Source: Candidatus Nitrosopumilus sp. SW (GTDB taxonomy: Archaea; Thermoproteota; Nitrososphaeria; Nitrososphaerales; Nitrosopumilaceae). From it: a stretch of DNA of 32,000 bases. The translations under genes and the position numbers were made by a program. Each line of letters opens with the position of its first letter. The first letter of the stretch is position 1. Positions 9,195 through 17,326 of this stretch are shown piece by piece. The stretch spans positions 101,687-133,686 of the forward strand of contig NZ_CP035425.1 in the NCBI RefSeq assembly GCF_006740685.1, read 5' to 3'. Below the pieces are notes generated by a model. That model saw nothing but the letters and a program-made list of their open reading frames with translations, was not told the origin of the DNA and did not search any database.

Positions 9195-9320
9195 TTGAAA
9201 TACAAATGTAGTCAATGCGATTTTCATTGGATTGGAACATCATACACATTTGATGAAGTACGCAAACATGAAAAAATTCATTTGAAAAAGAATGCTAAAC
9301 AATCAAAAAAATTAACATGA
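9195..9320 (+). CDS. Mini C2H2-like zinc-finger protein, 41 aa (TTG start)
   Basis: My own translation: (M)KYKCSQCDFHWIGTSYTFDEVRKHEKIHLKKNAKQSKKLT. It has the same C-x2-C-x16-H-x3-H spacing and the same 'HEK(T/I)HLKK' tail as the ORF at 9068. Confidence 0.45.
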   Translation: MKYKCSQCDFHWIGTSYTFDEVRKHEKIHLKKNAKQSKKLT

Positions 9321-9478
9321 CTTTGATTTCTCCTAAAGGAACCAACATACCAGGGTCATATCGAAAATGTGAAGAAACAGAATGTACTAGATTAATTCCA
9401 TGTCCGCATGTTAGATGCCAGAAACATCGCACAGACATGGCAATCAAAGATTGGGTTGTCCAACACAGGGAACAATAA
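9317..9478 (+). CDS. Small Cys/His-rich ORF, 53 aa
   Basis: My own translation: MTLISPKGTNIPGSYRKCEETECTRLIPCPHVRCQKHRTDMAIKDWVVQHREQ. Its ATG overlaps the previous stop (ATGA). The spacing is C-x4-C-x5-C-x4-C. Confidence 0.4.
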   Translation: MTLISPKGTNIPGSYRKCEETECTRLIPCPHVRCQKHRTDMAIKDWVVQHREQ

Positions 9479-9562
9479 TTCCAAGTACGATGTATCTATT
9501 TGAGACCAATGATTTTAGCCTCAGACCCAAAATACGAACAATTCAAAATTCATTTTAAAGCC

Positions 9563-9594
9563 TTGTTAACCCCCTATACCCTCAAAGGTTAACC
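9563..9594. promoter_or_regulatory. BirA-operator-like inverted repeat TTGTTAACC-N15-GGTTAACC upstream of bioB
   Basis: A 7-bp inverted repeat: GTTAACC at 9565-9571 and GGTTAAC at 9587-9593, with a 15-nt spacer. It sits 13 nt upstream of a TATA-like TTATAAAT (9607-9614), which lies ~29 nt before the bioB ATG. Confidence 0.45.
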
Positions 9595-9635
9595 TTTCCA
9601 TTATTGTTATAAATGGAAAATATCTGGGTTAAATT

Positions 9636-10613
9636 ATGAGTGCTCTAGAATTCATCAAAGAGTGTCAAGAAAAAGTATTTTCAGGAAATCACATTACTGC
9701 TGAAGATGCCGAAAAATTACTGAACATTCCAGAAGAAAATCTTAAAGATTTGGCAAAATGTGCAAATGAGATTACACGAGATTTTAATGGAGAAAAAGTA
9801 GACGTAGAGCAACTAAATAATATTAAAAAAAATGCATGCAGTGAAGATTGTACGTTTTGTGGACAATCTGCATTCTTTGATACAGGTATAGAGACATATC
9901 AATTACCAACACCAGAAGAAGTGGTATCAAAAGCTCAAAAAGCAAAAGAAGAAGGAGCTGAGTCATATTGTCTAGTAGCTGCATGGAGAGAACCATCAAA
10001 AACAGATTTTGAAAAAGTTTGCAAAATAATTACAGAGATAAATGAAAAGGTGGGAATTAGTGTTGAGTGTAGTTTAGGATTTCTAACAGAAGAGCAAGCA
10101 AAAAAACTCAAAGAACTCAAAGTCAAAAGATATAATCATAATTTAGAGACTGCAAAATCAAAATTCCCCGAGATATGTACTACTCACACATATGAAGACA
10201 GACTAAAAACATTAGGAATTGCAAGAGATGCAGGTTTGGAGTTGTGTACGGGTGGAATTATTGGTTTAGGGGAAACCAGAGAACAGAGATTAGAATTAAC
10301 ATTAGAACTTGCAAGACTATTTCCAGAAGAAGTTACAATAAACATACTAGTACCAGTTCCAGGAACTCCGTTGGAATTACAAACAGATTTACCAAATTCA
10401 GAAATTGTTAGAATGTTTTCTGTGATCAGATTCCTATTACCTGAATCAGTCATTAAAATCTCTGGAGGTAGGGAAACACAACTCAATGATTCAGGAGAAG
10501 AATTACTGCAAAGCGGAGCAAATGGAATTATTACTTCAGGTTACCTTACAATGGGTGGCAATGAGGCTCAAAAAGACCGTGAAATGATTGAAAAAATTGG
10601 CCTCCAGGCATAA
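9636..10613 (+). CDS. bioB: Biotin synthase (radical SAM)
   Basis: 325 aa. It has the CxxxCxxC motif 'CSEDCTFCGQS', 'YNHNLET' and a BioB-like C-terminal half. Confidence 0.92.
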   Translation: MSALEFIKECQEKVFSGNHITAEDAEKLLNIPEENLKDLAKCANEITRDFNGEKVDVEQLNNIKKNACSEDCTFCGQSAFFDTGIETYQLPTPEEVVSKAQKAKEEGAESYCLVAAWREPSKTDFEKVCKIITEINEKVGISVECSLGFLTEEQAKKLKELKVKRYNHNLETAKSKFPEICTTHTYEDRLKTLGIARDAGLELCTGGIIGLGETREQRLELTLELARLFPEEVTINILVPVPGTPLELQTDLPNSEIVRMFSVIRFLLPESVIKISGGRETQLNDSGEELLQSGANGIITSGYLTMGGNEAQKDREMIEKIGLQA

Positions 10614-11727
10614 ACTTGACTTTGTGGATGCAGAGTTACAAACAATAAAACAAAACAACCTATACAGAAAATTACGATATGGGAAAGCTCAAGGGGCACA
10701 CATTACAATTAATGGAAAAAAACTTCTCAATTTGTGCTCAAATGACTATCTAGGAATACCAATAACAAAAATTCAAGCAAATCAACTTCAATCAAGTTCA
10801 AGACTAGTTTCAGGAAATGATGAATCATACAAAAAATTAGAAAAATCTCTTGCAAAGCACAAATCTCAGCAAAACAGTTTGATTTATCCTACAGGATATA
10901 TGGCAAACTTGGGTTCAATTTCTGCAATTGCAAAAAAAGGAGATTTGATTCTCAGTGATGAGTTAAATCATGCAAGTATTATTGAATCATGCAAATTAAC
11001 AGATGCTAAAGTTTCAATCTACAAACATAATGACATGCAAGATTTGCAAAACAAATCAAAACAAAAAGCAAAAAACAAGTTCATCATAACTGAAGGAATT
11101 TTTAGTATGGATGGAGATTTATCATCACTAAAACAAATTACGGAAATTGCAGATAAAACTAATGCCATAACAATTGTCGATGATGCACATGGAGATTTTG
11201 TAATTGGAAAAGATGGGAAAGGTACACCAAATCATTTCAATGTTGGAAAAAAAATTGACCTGTACATTAGCAGTCTAAGTAAAGGATTAGGATCATTTGG
11301 AGGATATATTGCAGCACAAAACAATGTAGTTGATTTGTGTATAAACAAATCAAAATCATTTATCTATACATCAGCATTGCCATCATTTTTGGTAAAACAT
11401 TCTCTAAAGAGATTTGAATCAAACAGAGAAAAACAAAAAAAGAAACTAGAAAAAAACACCAAACTGTTATCAAAAGGCCTCAAAGAAATAGGTTTTGAGA
11501 TAAACTCAAAATCTCAGATAATCCCAATTATCATAGGAAATGAGAAATCTGCAATGAATTTTGGAAAATTTCTGTTTGATAATGGAGTATTTGCACAACC
11601 AATCAGATATCCAACCGTACCAAAAAACCAAGCCCGATTAAGAATTTCAGTCACAGCATGGCTACAAGATAGAGATATTGTAAGAGCACTAGATATCTTT
11701 CAGAAAGCATACGTAAAATTCTGCTAA
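10588..11727 (+). CDS. bioF: 8-amino-7-oxononanoate synthase
   Basis: 379 aa. It has 'SNDYLG', 'DDAHG' and the PLP-Lys motif 'SSLSKGLG'. The TTG start at 10588 overlaps bioB by 26 nt; TTG 10597 or GTG 10624 are alternative starts. Confidence 0.88.
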   Translation: MKKLASRHKLDFVDAELQTIKQNNLYRKLRYGKAQGAHITINGKKLLNLCSNDYLGIPITKIQANQLQSSSRLVSGNDESYKKLEKSLAKHKSQQNSLIYPTGYMANLGSISAIAKKGDLILSDELNHASIIESCKLTDAKVSIYKHNDMQDLQNKSKQKAKNKFIITEGIFSMDGDLSSLKQITEIADKTNAITIVDDAHGDFVIGKDGKGTPNHFNVGKKIDLYISSLSKGLGSFGGYIAAQNNVVDLCINKSKSFIYTSALPSFLVKHSLKRFESNREKQKKKLEKNTKLLSKGLKEIGFEINSKSQIIPIIIGNEKSAMNFGKFLFDNGVFAQPIRYPTVPKNQARLRISVTAWLQDRDIVRALDIFQKAYVKFC

Positions 11728-11832
11728 TTATCTCGCAGCGTCAAAGCCGCCAAACATCGGAGATCCAATCAAAACTGCAGCCACTACAACGATACCCAAA
11801 ACAATGCCTACTATAACGAATCGTTTGTTCAT
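11728..11832 (-). CDS. Small single-TM protein, 34 aa
   Basis: Only the internal ATG at 11832 (MNKRFVIVGIVLGIVVVAAVLIGSPMFGGFDAAR) avoids overlapping the ccdA promoter and start. The longer 86-aa track ORF looks spurious. Confidence 0.35.
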   Translation of the reverse strand: MNKRFVIVGIVLGIVVVAAVLIGSPMFGGFDAAR

Positions 11833-11927
11833 ATCAAAATTATTTGCAACCCAGTTAAAAACGGATTGTATTAGAATTGGTAAAAATCTGGAAGAATGCT
11901 TTAAAGTAAAAATTGTAACTTTAGAGT

Positions 11928-12662
11928 ATGGCAGAAATAACTCTCGCAGTTGCAGCACTAGCAGGACTAAGTTCATTTGTTGCACCATGTATTTTGCCTA
12001 TGATTCCAGCATTTCTTGCATACATTTCAGGAACCACACTATCAGAGTTAAATCAAAAAGATGGAACAAAGACATTTTCAATAAACAGAACAAACATTGT
12101 TCTAAACTCTGTATTTTTTGTACTAGGGTTTTCTGTAGTTTTTTCAACACTAGGAGTGATTATCAACAGTGCGCTTTCATCAACATCAGGAGAACTGGTA
12201 GAAGGACTTAATCAAATCGGAGGGGTAATTATAATTGGATTCGGAGTATTCTTACTACTTTCAATGAAGATAAACAAATTAAATTTAGAAAAAAAGTTTT
12301 TCCCAAAAAGATCAAAGGCAAGTTATCCAATGTCATTTGTTTTTGGATTAGCGTTTGCAGCAGGTTGGACTCCATGTGTTGGACCAATCCTGGGAACAAT
12401 ACTTACACTTGCAGCAACAACGCCTTCTGTTGCATTCAACTTACTGTTAGTGTATTCATTAGGATTAGGAATTCCATTTATCTTAATTGGAATCTTTTAT
12501 TCTAGAGCAAGTAAAATAATTCGTTCAATGAGCAGACATCTAAAATATTACAACATTATTTTGGGAGGATTTATTGTAATTTTGGGAATTCTAGTATACA
12601 CGAATCAACTAGCATATATTGCAAACTTTCCACTTCTCAATGAATTATTATTTTTAGGGTGA
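11928..12662 (+). CDS. ccdA: CcdA/DsbD-family transmembrane thiol:disulfide electron transporter
   Basis: 244 aa and polytopic. It has the two conserved Cys motifs 'VAPCILPMIPAF' and 'GWTPCVGPILG'. Confidence 0.88.
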   Translation: MAEITLAVAALAGLSSFVAPCILPMIPAFLAYISGTTLSELNQKDGTKTFSINRTNIVLNSVFFVLGFSVVFSTLGVIINSALSSTSGELVEGLNQIGGVIIIGFGVFLLLSMKINKLNLEKKFFPKRSKASYPMSFVFGLAFAAGWTPCVGPILGTILTLAATTPSVAFNLLLVYSLGLGIPFILIGIFYSRASKIIRSMSRHLKYYNIILGGFIVILGILVYTNQLAYIANFPLLNELLFLG

Positions 12663-12666
12663 TAAA

Positions 12667-13767
12667 ATGAAATCAGAAATTAAAACAGCAATTATTCTTG
12701 TAACAGCCATAGGGATAGGAATTACAGCCTTAAGTTTGTCATTTTCAACACTTGATCAAGCCAATGTTTCAAACATAACAAGTAGTGATTCTACAAACAT
12801 AGACAAATCTGGATTCAAAAAGGCTCCCGACTTGGTAGGAATTGCACACTATCTGAATACAACTCCAGAAGAATTAGCTCAAGAGATAGAAGGAAAAGTA
12901 GTGTTGTATGACATTTGGACATATAGTTGCATTAATTGCATCAGAACTCTCCCATACATTACAGCATGGGATGACAAATATTCTGATCAGGGATTATTAG
13001 TAATTGGTATCCATTCTCCTGAATTTGAATTTGAAAAAATTCCCGAAAATGTAAAAATGTCAATTGAAAAACATGGAATCAATTATCCAGTTGTCATGGA
13101 TAATGACATGGAAACATGGAAAGCATTTGAAAACAGATACTGGCCAAGAAAATACATTGCAGATCATGAGGGATACATAAGATATGATCATATCGGCGAA
13201 GGTGGATATCAAGAAACAGAAAAAATCATTCAACAATTAATTAAAGAAAGATCAGATGCATTAGGAATTCAAATGGCATCTGCATCTTCATTAGTAGATA
13301 TTGAAGAATTTGAACATACATTGTTTAGAACCCCTGAATTGTATTTTGGATATTATTTTGCACAAAACAGAAATCAATTAGGCAGTCAAGAAGGATTTCA
13401 ACCAGACAAGATAGTAGTGTATCAAGAATCAGACAAAATTGAATTACATAAATTCTATCCAGTTGGGACATGGAAAAATCATGAAGACAGTATGGAGTTA
13501 ATTTCAGAAACTGGAGTGATAAAATTACTGTATAATGCAAAAGAAGTAAACATTGTCACTGCAAATAATGCAGAACTTGAAATTTATCTTGACGGAGAAC
13601 CACTACCAGATCAATATTCTGGAAGCGACATTACATCAGAAAATATCCTAAATGTTTCAGAACCGGGATTGTATAACATCATAAGTAGTGAGGATAGTGC
13701 TTCTCATGTATTAGAAATTAAAATCAAAGGTAAAGGATTCCAGATATTCACATTTACCTTTGGATAG
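12667..13767 (+). CDS. Membrane-anchored thioredoxin-like (redoxin) protein with DipZ-type C-terminal domain
   Basis: 366 aa. After an N-terminal TM helix comes a CxxC in 'WTYSCINCIRTLP', then 'IGIHSPEF' and 'NRYWPRKYIADHEGYIRYDHIGEG'. A ~150-aa beta-rich C-terminal domain follows. The gene is 4 nt downstream of ccdA. Confidence 0.8.
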   Translation: MKSEIKTAIILVTAIGIGITALSLSFSTLDQANVSNITSSDSTNIDKSGFKKAPDLVGIAHYLNTTPEELAQEIEGKVVLYDIWTYSCINCIRTLPYITAWDDKYSDQGLLVIGIHSPEFEFEKIPENVKMSIEKHGINYPVVMDNDMETWKAFENRYWPRKYIADHEGYIRYDHIGEGGYQETEKIIQQLIKERSDALGIQMASASSLVDIEEFEHTLFRTPELYFGYYFAQNRNQLGSQEGFQPDKIVVYQESDKIELHKFYPVGTWKNHEDSMELISETGVIKLLYNAKEVNIVTANNAELEIYLDGEPLPDQYSGSDITSENILNVSEPGLYNIISSEDSASHVLEIKIKGKGFQIFTFTFG

Positions 13768-13858
13768 TGTAACTACATCTGTCTGTCACTCCAGTTACAC
13801 TAGTTAGAGTGACAAATCTCTTTAAAACAAAATTTATGACCAATATCGAGAATCAAAT

Positions 13859-14509
13859 ATGCTAAGTAACTCTTGGAACAAAACACAGGGAGAAAGTATT
13901 TCCCAAAAAGTCATGGGAAAAGTAAAACCAGATGAACCCCTAAAAAATAAAATCGATTTTGCACAAAAAAAATTACAATTTCAAATCTCAAAATTAGAAG
14001 GAATTAATGAAAAATTACGAGTAAAACATGATCAAATTTTTGAAAAAATAGTTCACGCTCATAAGAATAACAAAAATGCCTATGCACAAGCATATGCAAA
14101 TGAATTGGCACAGGTACGAAAAATGAAAAACATGGTCAGTGGTGCCAAACTTTCAATGGAGCAAGTCAAACTTAGACTAGATACAGTATCAGAACTAGGA
14201 GATGTTGTAGTCACACTTAGTCCATGTATGTCAATTATCAAAGGATTAGCCCCATCACTTAATGGAATCATGCCAGAAGCAAATGCATCAATGCAAGACT
14301 TGTCATCCATACTTGGAGATGTAATGGCAGGCTCATCAGTTGAATTGGGAGATACAATGAGTGTAGGGGCAGAAACCAATGCAGACACATTGGCAATATT
14401 AGAAGAAGCACAAGGTGTTATTGCAGGTCAAACAAAAGCATCTATTCCAGATGTTCCAGATTCTCTCAAACAGCAAATTGTTGAGAGAAAATCAGATATT
14501 TTCATTTAG
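13859..14509 (+). CDS. cdvB: ESCRT-III / Snf7-family protein (CdvB-like)
   Basis: 216 aa. A basic N-terminal helical hairpin ('KIDFAQKKLQFQISKLEGINEKLRVKHDQIFEKIV..AQAYANELAQVRKM') is followed by 'LSMEQVKLRLDTVSELGDV' and an acidic C-terminal tail, which is the Snf7 pattern. Which paralogue it is remains unknown. Confidence 0.6.
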   Translation: MLSNSWNKTQGESISQKVMGKVKPDEPLKNKIDFAQKKLQFQISKLEGINEKLRVKHDQIFEKIVHAHKNNKNAYAQAYANELAQVRKMKNMVSGAKLSMEQVKLRLDTVSELGDVVVTLSPCMSIIKGLAPSLNGIMPEANASMQDLSSILGDVMAGSSVELGDTMSVGAETNADTLAILEEAQGVIAGQTKASIPDVPDSLKQQIVERKSDIFI

Positions 14510-14843
14510 ATTTCTTTTTGCTTTTTTGAACAAGGATTTTTTTTATTCTAGAAATTGTAGGATAACTGTATCCACGTCTTCGATAATTTGCAATCATCAT
14601 CTTCCAATTCTTTAATCTCCATTGAGCTTGTTCAGCAGTTACAGAATGAACTTCTTTTTGAATAATGCTTTTTCTTCCAACCTTTAGAGTACCTGCATCT
14701 TTTGCAGACCATCTGTTTTTAGCAAATTTCAACCCAGTAAGAATTTCATCAATAGGCATTTCTTTGAAATAATCTTTGAGTTTTTTGAGTTCTGCATCTG
14801 TAGGTTTTTTAGAAATCGGTAACTCGATTGTAGGTTTTACCAT
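14502..14843 (-). CDS. Basic hypothetical protein
   Basis: 113 aa and Lys/Arg-rich. It is convergent with the CdvB-like gene and overlaps it by 8 nt. No family is recognised. Confidence 0.5.
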   Translation of the reverse strand: MVKPTIELPISKKPTDAELKKLKDYFKEMPIDEILTGLKFAKNRWSAKDAGTLKVGRKSIIQKEVHSVTAEQAQWRLKNWKMMIANYRRRGYSYPTISRIKKILVQKSKKKSK

Positions 14844-15070
14844 GAAACATCTAATGATTCATGTCTTAAGAAAATCATGATAAATCAGAATTAACTAAAG
14901 ATGGAAATTATTCAGCAAGGTAATGGAACAAGAGCATTTTTACACAATGTCAGATACATTCCTGAACCTAGAATTATTGCTGCAAATGCTGCCAAGGGGA
15001 CTAAAATGAACAGATTAGTTTTCATTCCCATGATCAAAATTAGATTAATGACTATAAAATTGTCACAGTT

Positions 15071-15487
15071 TTAATCAATTGTAATGGTAAAGGTACCTTT
15101 GGTTTTTGGATCTTGTAACAATGCAACCATTTCTCTAGGTAACAAATCAGAGGCTTTGTCACATTTTACAGCTAAAGTTCTAGGACATACAAAATCACTT
15201 TTTCTAATTACAATGTCTTCAGTATGAGTAAGGATTAGATCAGGATGACCTTTCCCCTCTACAGTGAAATTGTAATCCCCAATATCAATAGAAAAGGTAA
15301 TGTTTGAATCAGAATTTTTTAATTTGTCTTTTAGATCCTGAGGTAAATCAGCACATGCATGATTTGCATTTACACCAACTATGCAATCTCCCCGAGGTGT
15401 CAAATGAGACTCTTTTGTAATCTCTATAGTTTTTTGATGGTTTGATCTAATATTCTCATGTCCTGAAAATTCAATTTCGAATCTCAC
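15071..15487 (-). CDS. DUF371-family protein
   Basis: 138 aa. 'GHENIRSNHQKTIEITKESHLTPRGDCIVGV' matches my recollection of the archaeal DUF371 signature (H-x-T-x-E-x-T-K...T-x-R-G-D-C-I-x-G). Confidence 0.6.
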   Translation of the reverse strand: MRFEIEFSGHENIRSNHQKTIEITKESHLTPRGDCIVGVNANHACADLPQDLKDKLKNSDSNITFSIDIGDYNFTVEGKGHPDLILTHTEDIVIRKSDFVCPRTLAVKCDKASDLLPREMVALLQDPKTKGTFTITID

Positions 15488-15539
15488 GGCAAATTAGATA
15501 GGCTAGACTTAAATTAAACTTTCAGAGCATTGGAATCAA

Positions 15540-16277
15540 ATGCTTCCTGCACAACAAGGTTACGACAGAGCAATTACAGTGTTCTCACCAGATGGCAGAT
15601 TATACCAAGTCGAATATGCAATTGAGACTGTAAGAAGAGGAACAATTGCCGTAGGTGTAAAAAGTAAAGATGGCATCGTAATTGCAGTAGAAGAAAAACC
15701 AAGAAAATTACAAATTTCAAATACGGCTCAAAAGATTTTCCAAATTGATGATCATGTTGGGGTTGCAGCAGCAGGATACATACCAGATGCAAGAAGTCAA
15801 GTTGACAATGCAAGATTCTTTTCTCAAAGTAACAAAATGATTTATGACGAACCAGTAGAAGTTGAAACAATTGCTAAACATTTAGCTGATCAATCTCAAC
15901 AATATACTCAATATGCAGGTGTAAGACCATTTGGTGTTGCATTAATTCTTGGAGGGGTTGTTGCGGGAAAACCACAATTGTATTTGACAGATCCTAGTGG
16001 AACATACATTTCATATGATGCAATTGCAATTGGTTCAGGTTCTGATCAAGTAACAGACTTTTTGGAAAAAACATACAAAAATGATCTTTCATTAGATGAT
16101 GCATCTGCATTAGCTTCTGCAGGAATTTATCTATCAAGTGAAGACAAAGAAGGAACTAGTCATATCAGAATGGCACATATCAAAACAAATACTGGTTTGT
16201 ATGAAATAGTTTCAGAGGAGCAGATTGCAAATTATGCAAAAACTGCTAAAGAAAAATATCCACACGACAAAAATTAA
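15540..16277 (+). CDS. psmA: Proteasome alpha subunit
   Basis: 245 aa with the hallmark 'YDRAITVFSPDGRLYQVEYA' and 'GVRPFGVALILGG'. Confidence 0.95.
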   Translation: MLPAQQGYDRAITVFSPDGRLYQVEYAIETVRRGTIAVGVKSKDGIVIAVEEKPRKLQISNTAQKIFQIDDHVGVAAAGYIPDARSQVDNARFFSQSNKMIYDEPVEVETIAKHLADQSQQYTQYAGVRPFGVALILGGVVAGKPQLYLTDPSGTYISYDAIAIGSGSDQVTDFLEKTYKNDLSLDDASALASAGIYLSSEDKEGTSHIRMAHIKTNTGLYEIVSEEQIANYAKTAKEKYPHDKN

Positions 16278-16308
16278 TTATTTTATCTGTTTGTGAGACT
16301 CGATTATA

Positions 16309-17121
16309 TTGAAATTATCTGTTGCAATTCCTGAATCATCTCTATCAGATGAATCATTAAAAATAGACAAAACTAGAAAGATTTCAGTTTTAGCAAGAGC
16401 TTGTGCAATTTTTAAAATTGAAACTATCTATGTTTACCAAGAAGGAAACAACAAACAGGATGGTAATCTCATGGTAATGATTCTAAAATATTTAGAAACA
16501 CCACAATTTTTGAGACGAAGGTTATTTGCAAAAGTAAATGATTTAAAATTTGCAGGAGTATTACAACCATTAAGAATTCCAAGTCATGTTACACCAGCAA
16601 ATCCAAAAAAAATAAGCAAAGGAGATGTTAGAGAAGGAATAGTAGTTAGTGTAAAGGGCAAAAGATTTGTGGACGTAGGAATCAATCAATTGATTCCATT
16701 TTTTGGAAAAACATCTGTTGGAAAAAGAGTAACAGTACAGTTCAAAGAAGGGCATCCAAATTTCTCAATTAAGGAAATCAGCAGAAGCGAAGCCCCAGAA
16801 TATTGGGGATATACTGTTAAAGAAAGAGCAAACCTGTTTTCATTGTTATCAGAATGGAAGGGAAACATAATTCTTACATCAAGAAAAGGTAAAACTGCAA
16901 CAAAAGAACAGATTGCAAAATACACAAAATCAGATCAACCAACACTTGTGGTGTTTGGTTCTCCTGAGAAAGGAATTCATGAGATCTTAGGTGGGAAGAT
17001 GAAAAATGTGCAAAATGCAAAGTCTCTAAACTTTTTTCCAAACCAAGCTACTCAAACAGTGCGTCTTGAAGAAGCATTACTTGGAACTTTATCCATATTG
17101 AATGCCCAAACTACATCATAA
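16309..17121 (+). CDS. SPOUT-class putative RNA methyltransferase (PF02598/COG2106-like)
   Basis: 270 aa with a TTG start. 'LSVAIPESSLSDESLKIDKTRKISVLARACAIFKIETIYVY' and the C-terminal 'LVVFGSPEKGI' and 'NFFPNQATQTVRLEEAL' fit the family as I recall it. Confidence 0.6.
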   Translation: MKLSVAIPESSLSDESLKIDKTRKISVLARACAIFKIETIYVYQEGNNKQDGNLMVMILKYLETPQFLRRRLFAKVNDLKFAGVLQPLRIPSHVTPANPKKISKGDVREGIVVSVKGKRFVDVGINQLIPFFGKTSVGKRVTVQFKEGHPNFSIKEISRSEAPEYWGYTVKERANLFSLLSEWKGNIILTSRKGKTATKEQIAKYTKSDQPTLVVFGSPEKGIHEILGGKMKNVQNAKSLNFFPNQATQTVRLEEALLGTLSILNAQTTS

Positions 17122-17123
17122 TC

Positions 17124-17234
17124 ATGGCAGAAAGAAAAAATTTTTTGTTATTGGCAATAGGAGTAGGAGCTGCAGGAATTGTTATTGGAACAATAACAAT
17201 TTGGAATATGTTAAATGAAATTCTAAATCCATAG
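17124..17234 (+). CDS. Small single-TM protein, 36 aa
   Basis: My own translation: MAERKNFLLLAIGVGAAGIVIGTITIWNMLNEILNP. It starts 2 nt after the preceding stop, in the context AATCATGGCA. Confidence 0.35.
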   Translation: MAERKNFLLLAIGVGAAGIVIGTITIWNMLNEILNP

Positions 17235-17248
17235 TTTTTAGGCACAGT

Positions 17249-17278
17249 TGGTTAACTAGTGTTTTTTTAGTGGTTAAC
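17249..17278. promoter_or_regulatory. Direct repeat TGGTTAAC x2 (22-bp period) upstream of the r-protein operon
   Basis: TGGTTAAC occurs at 17249-17256 and 17271-17278. The second copy is 14 nt upstream of a TATA-like TTTAATAG (17293-17300), which lies ~27-34 nt before the rpl3 ATG. Confidence 0.3.
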
Positions 17279-17326
17279 GACATCTCACATGGTTTAATAG
17301 AGGGCAATCGATGATGCGTTTTAGTC

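Noticed and set aside
11728-12211. The long 86-aa version of the minus ORF (to 11988) and the + ORF at 11804-12211
   Set aside because: Both overlap the well-supported ccdA start and promoter and have no recognisable features. Only the 34-aa single-TM core (11728-11832) was kept, at low confidence.
14901-15074. A 57-aa + strand ORF (MEIIQQGNGTRAFLHNVRYIPEPR...) between the 14843 gene and DUF371
   Set aside because: It has no recognisable motif and overlaps the 3' end of the DUF371 gene. It is not supportable without conservation data.
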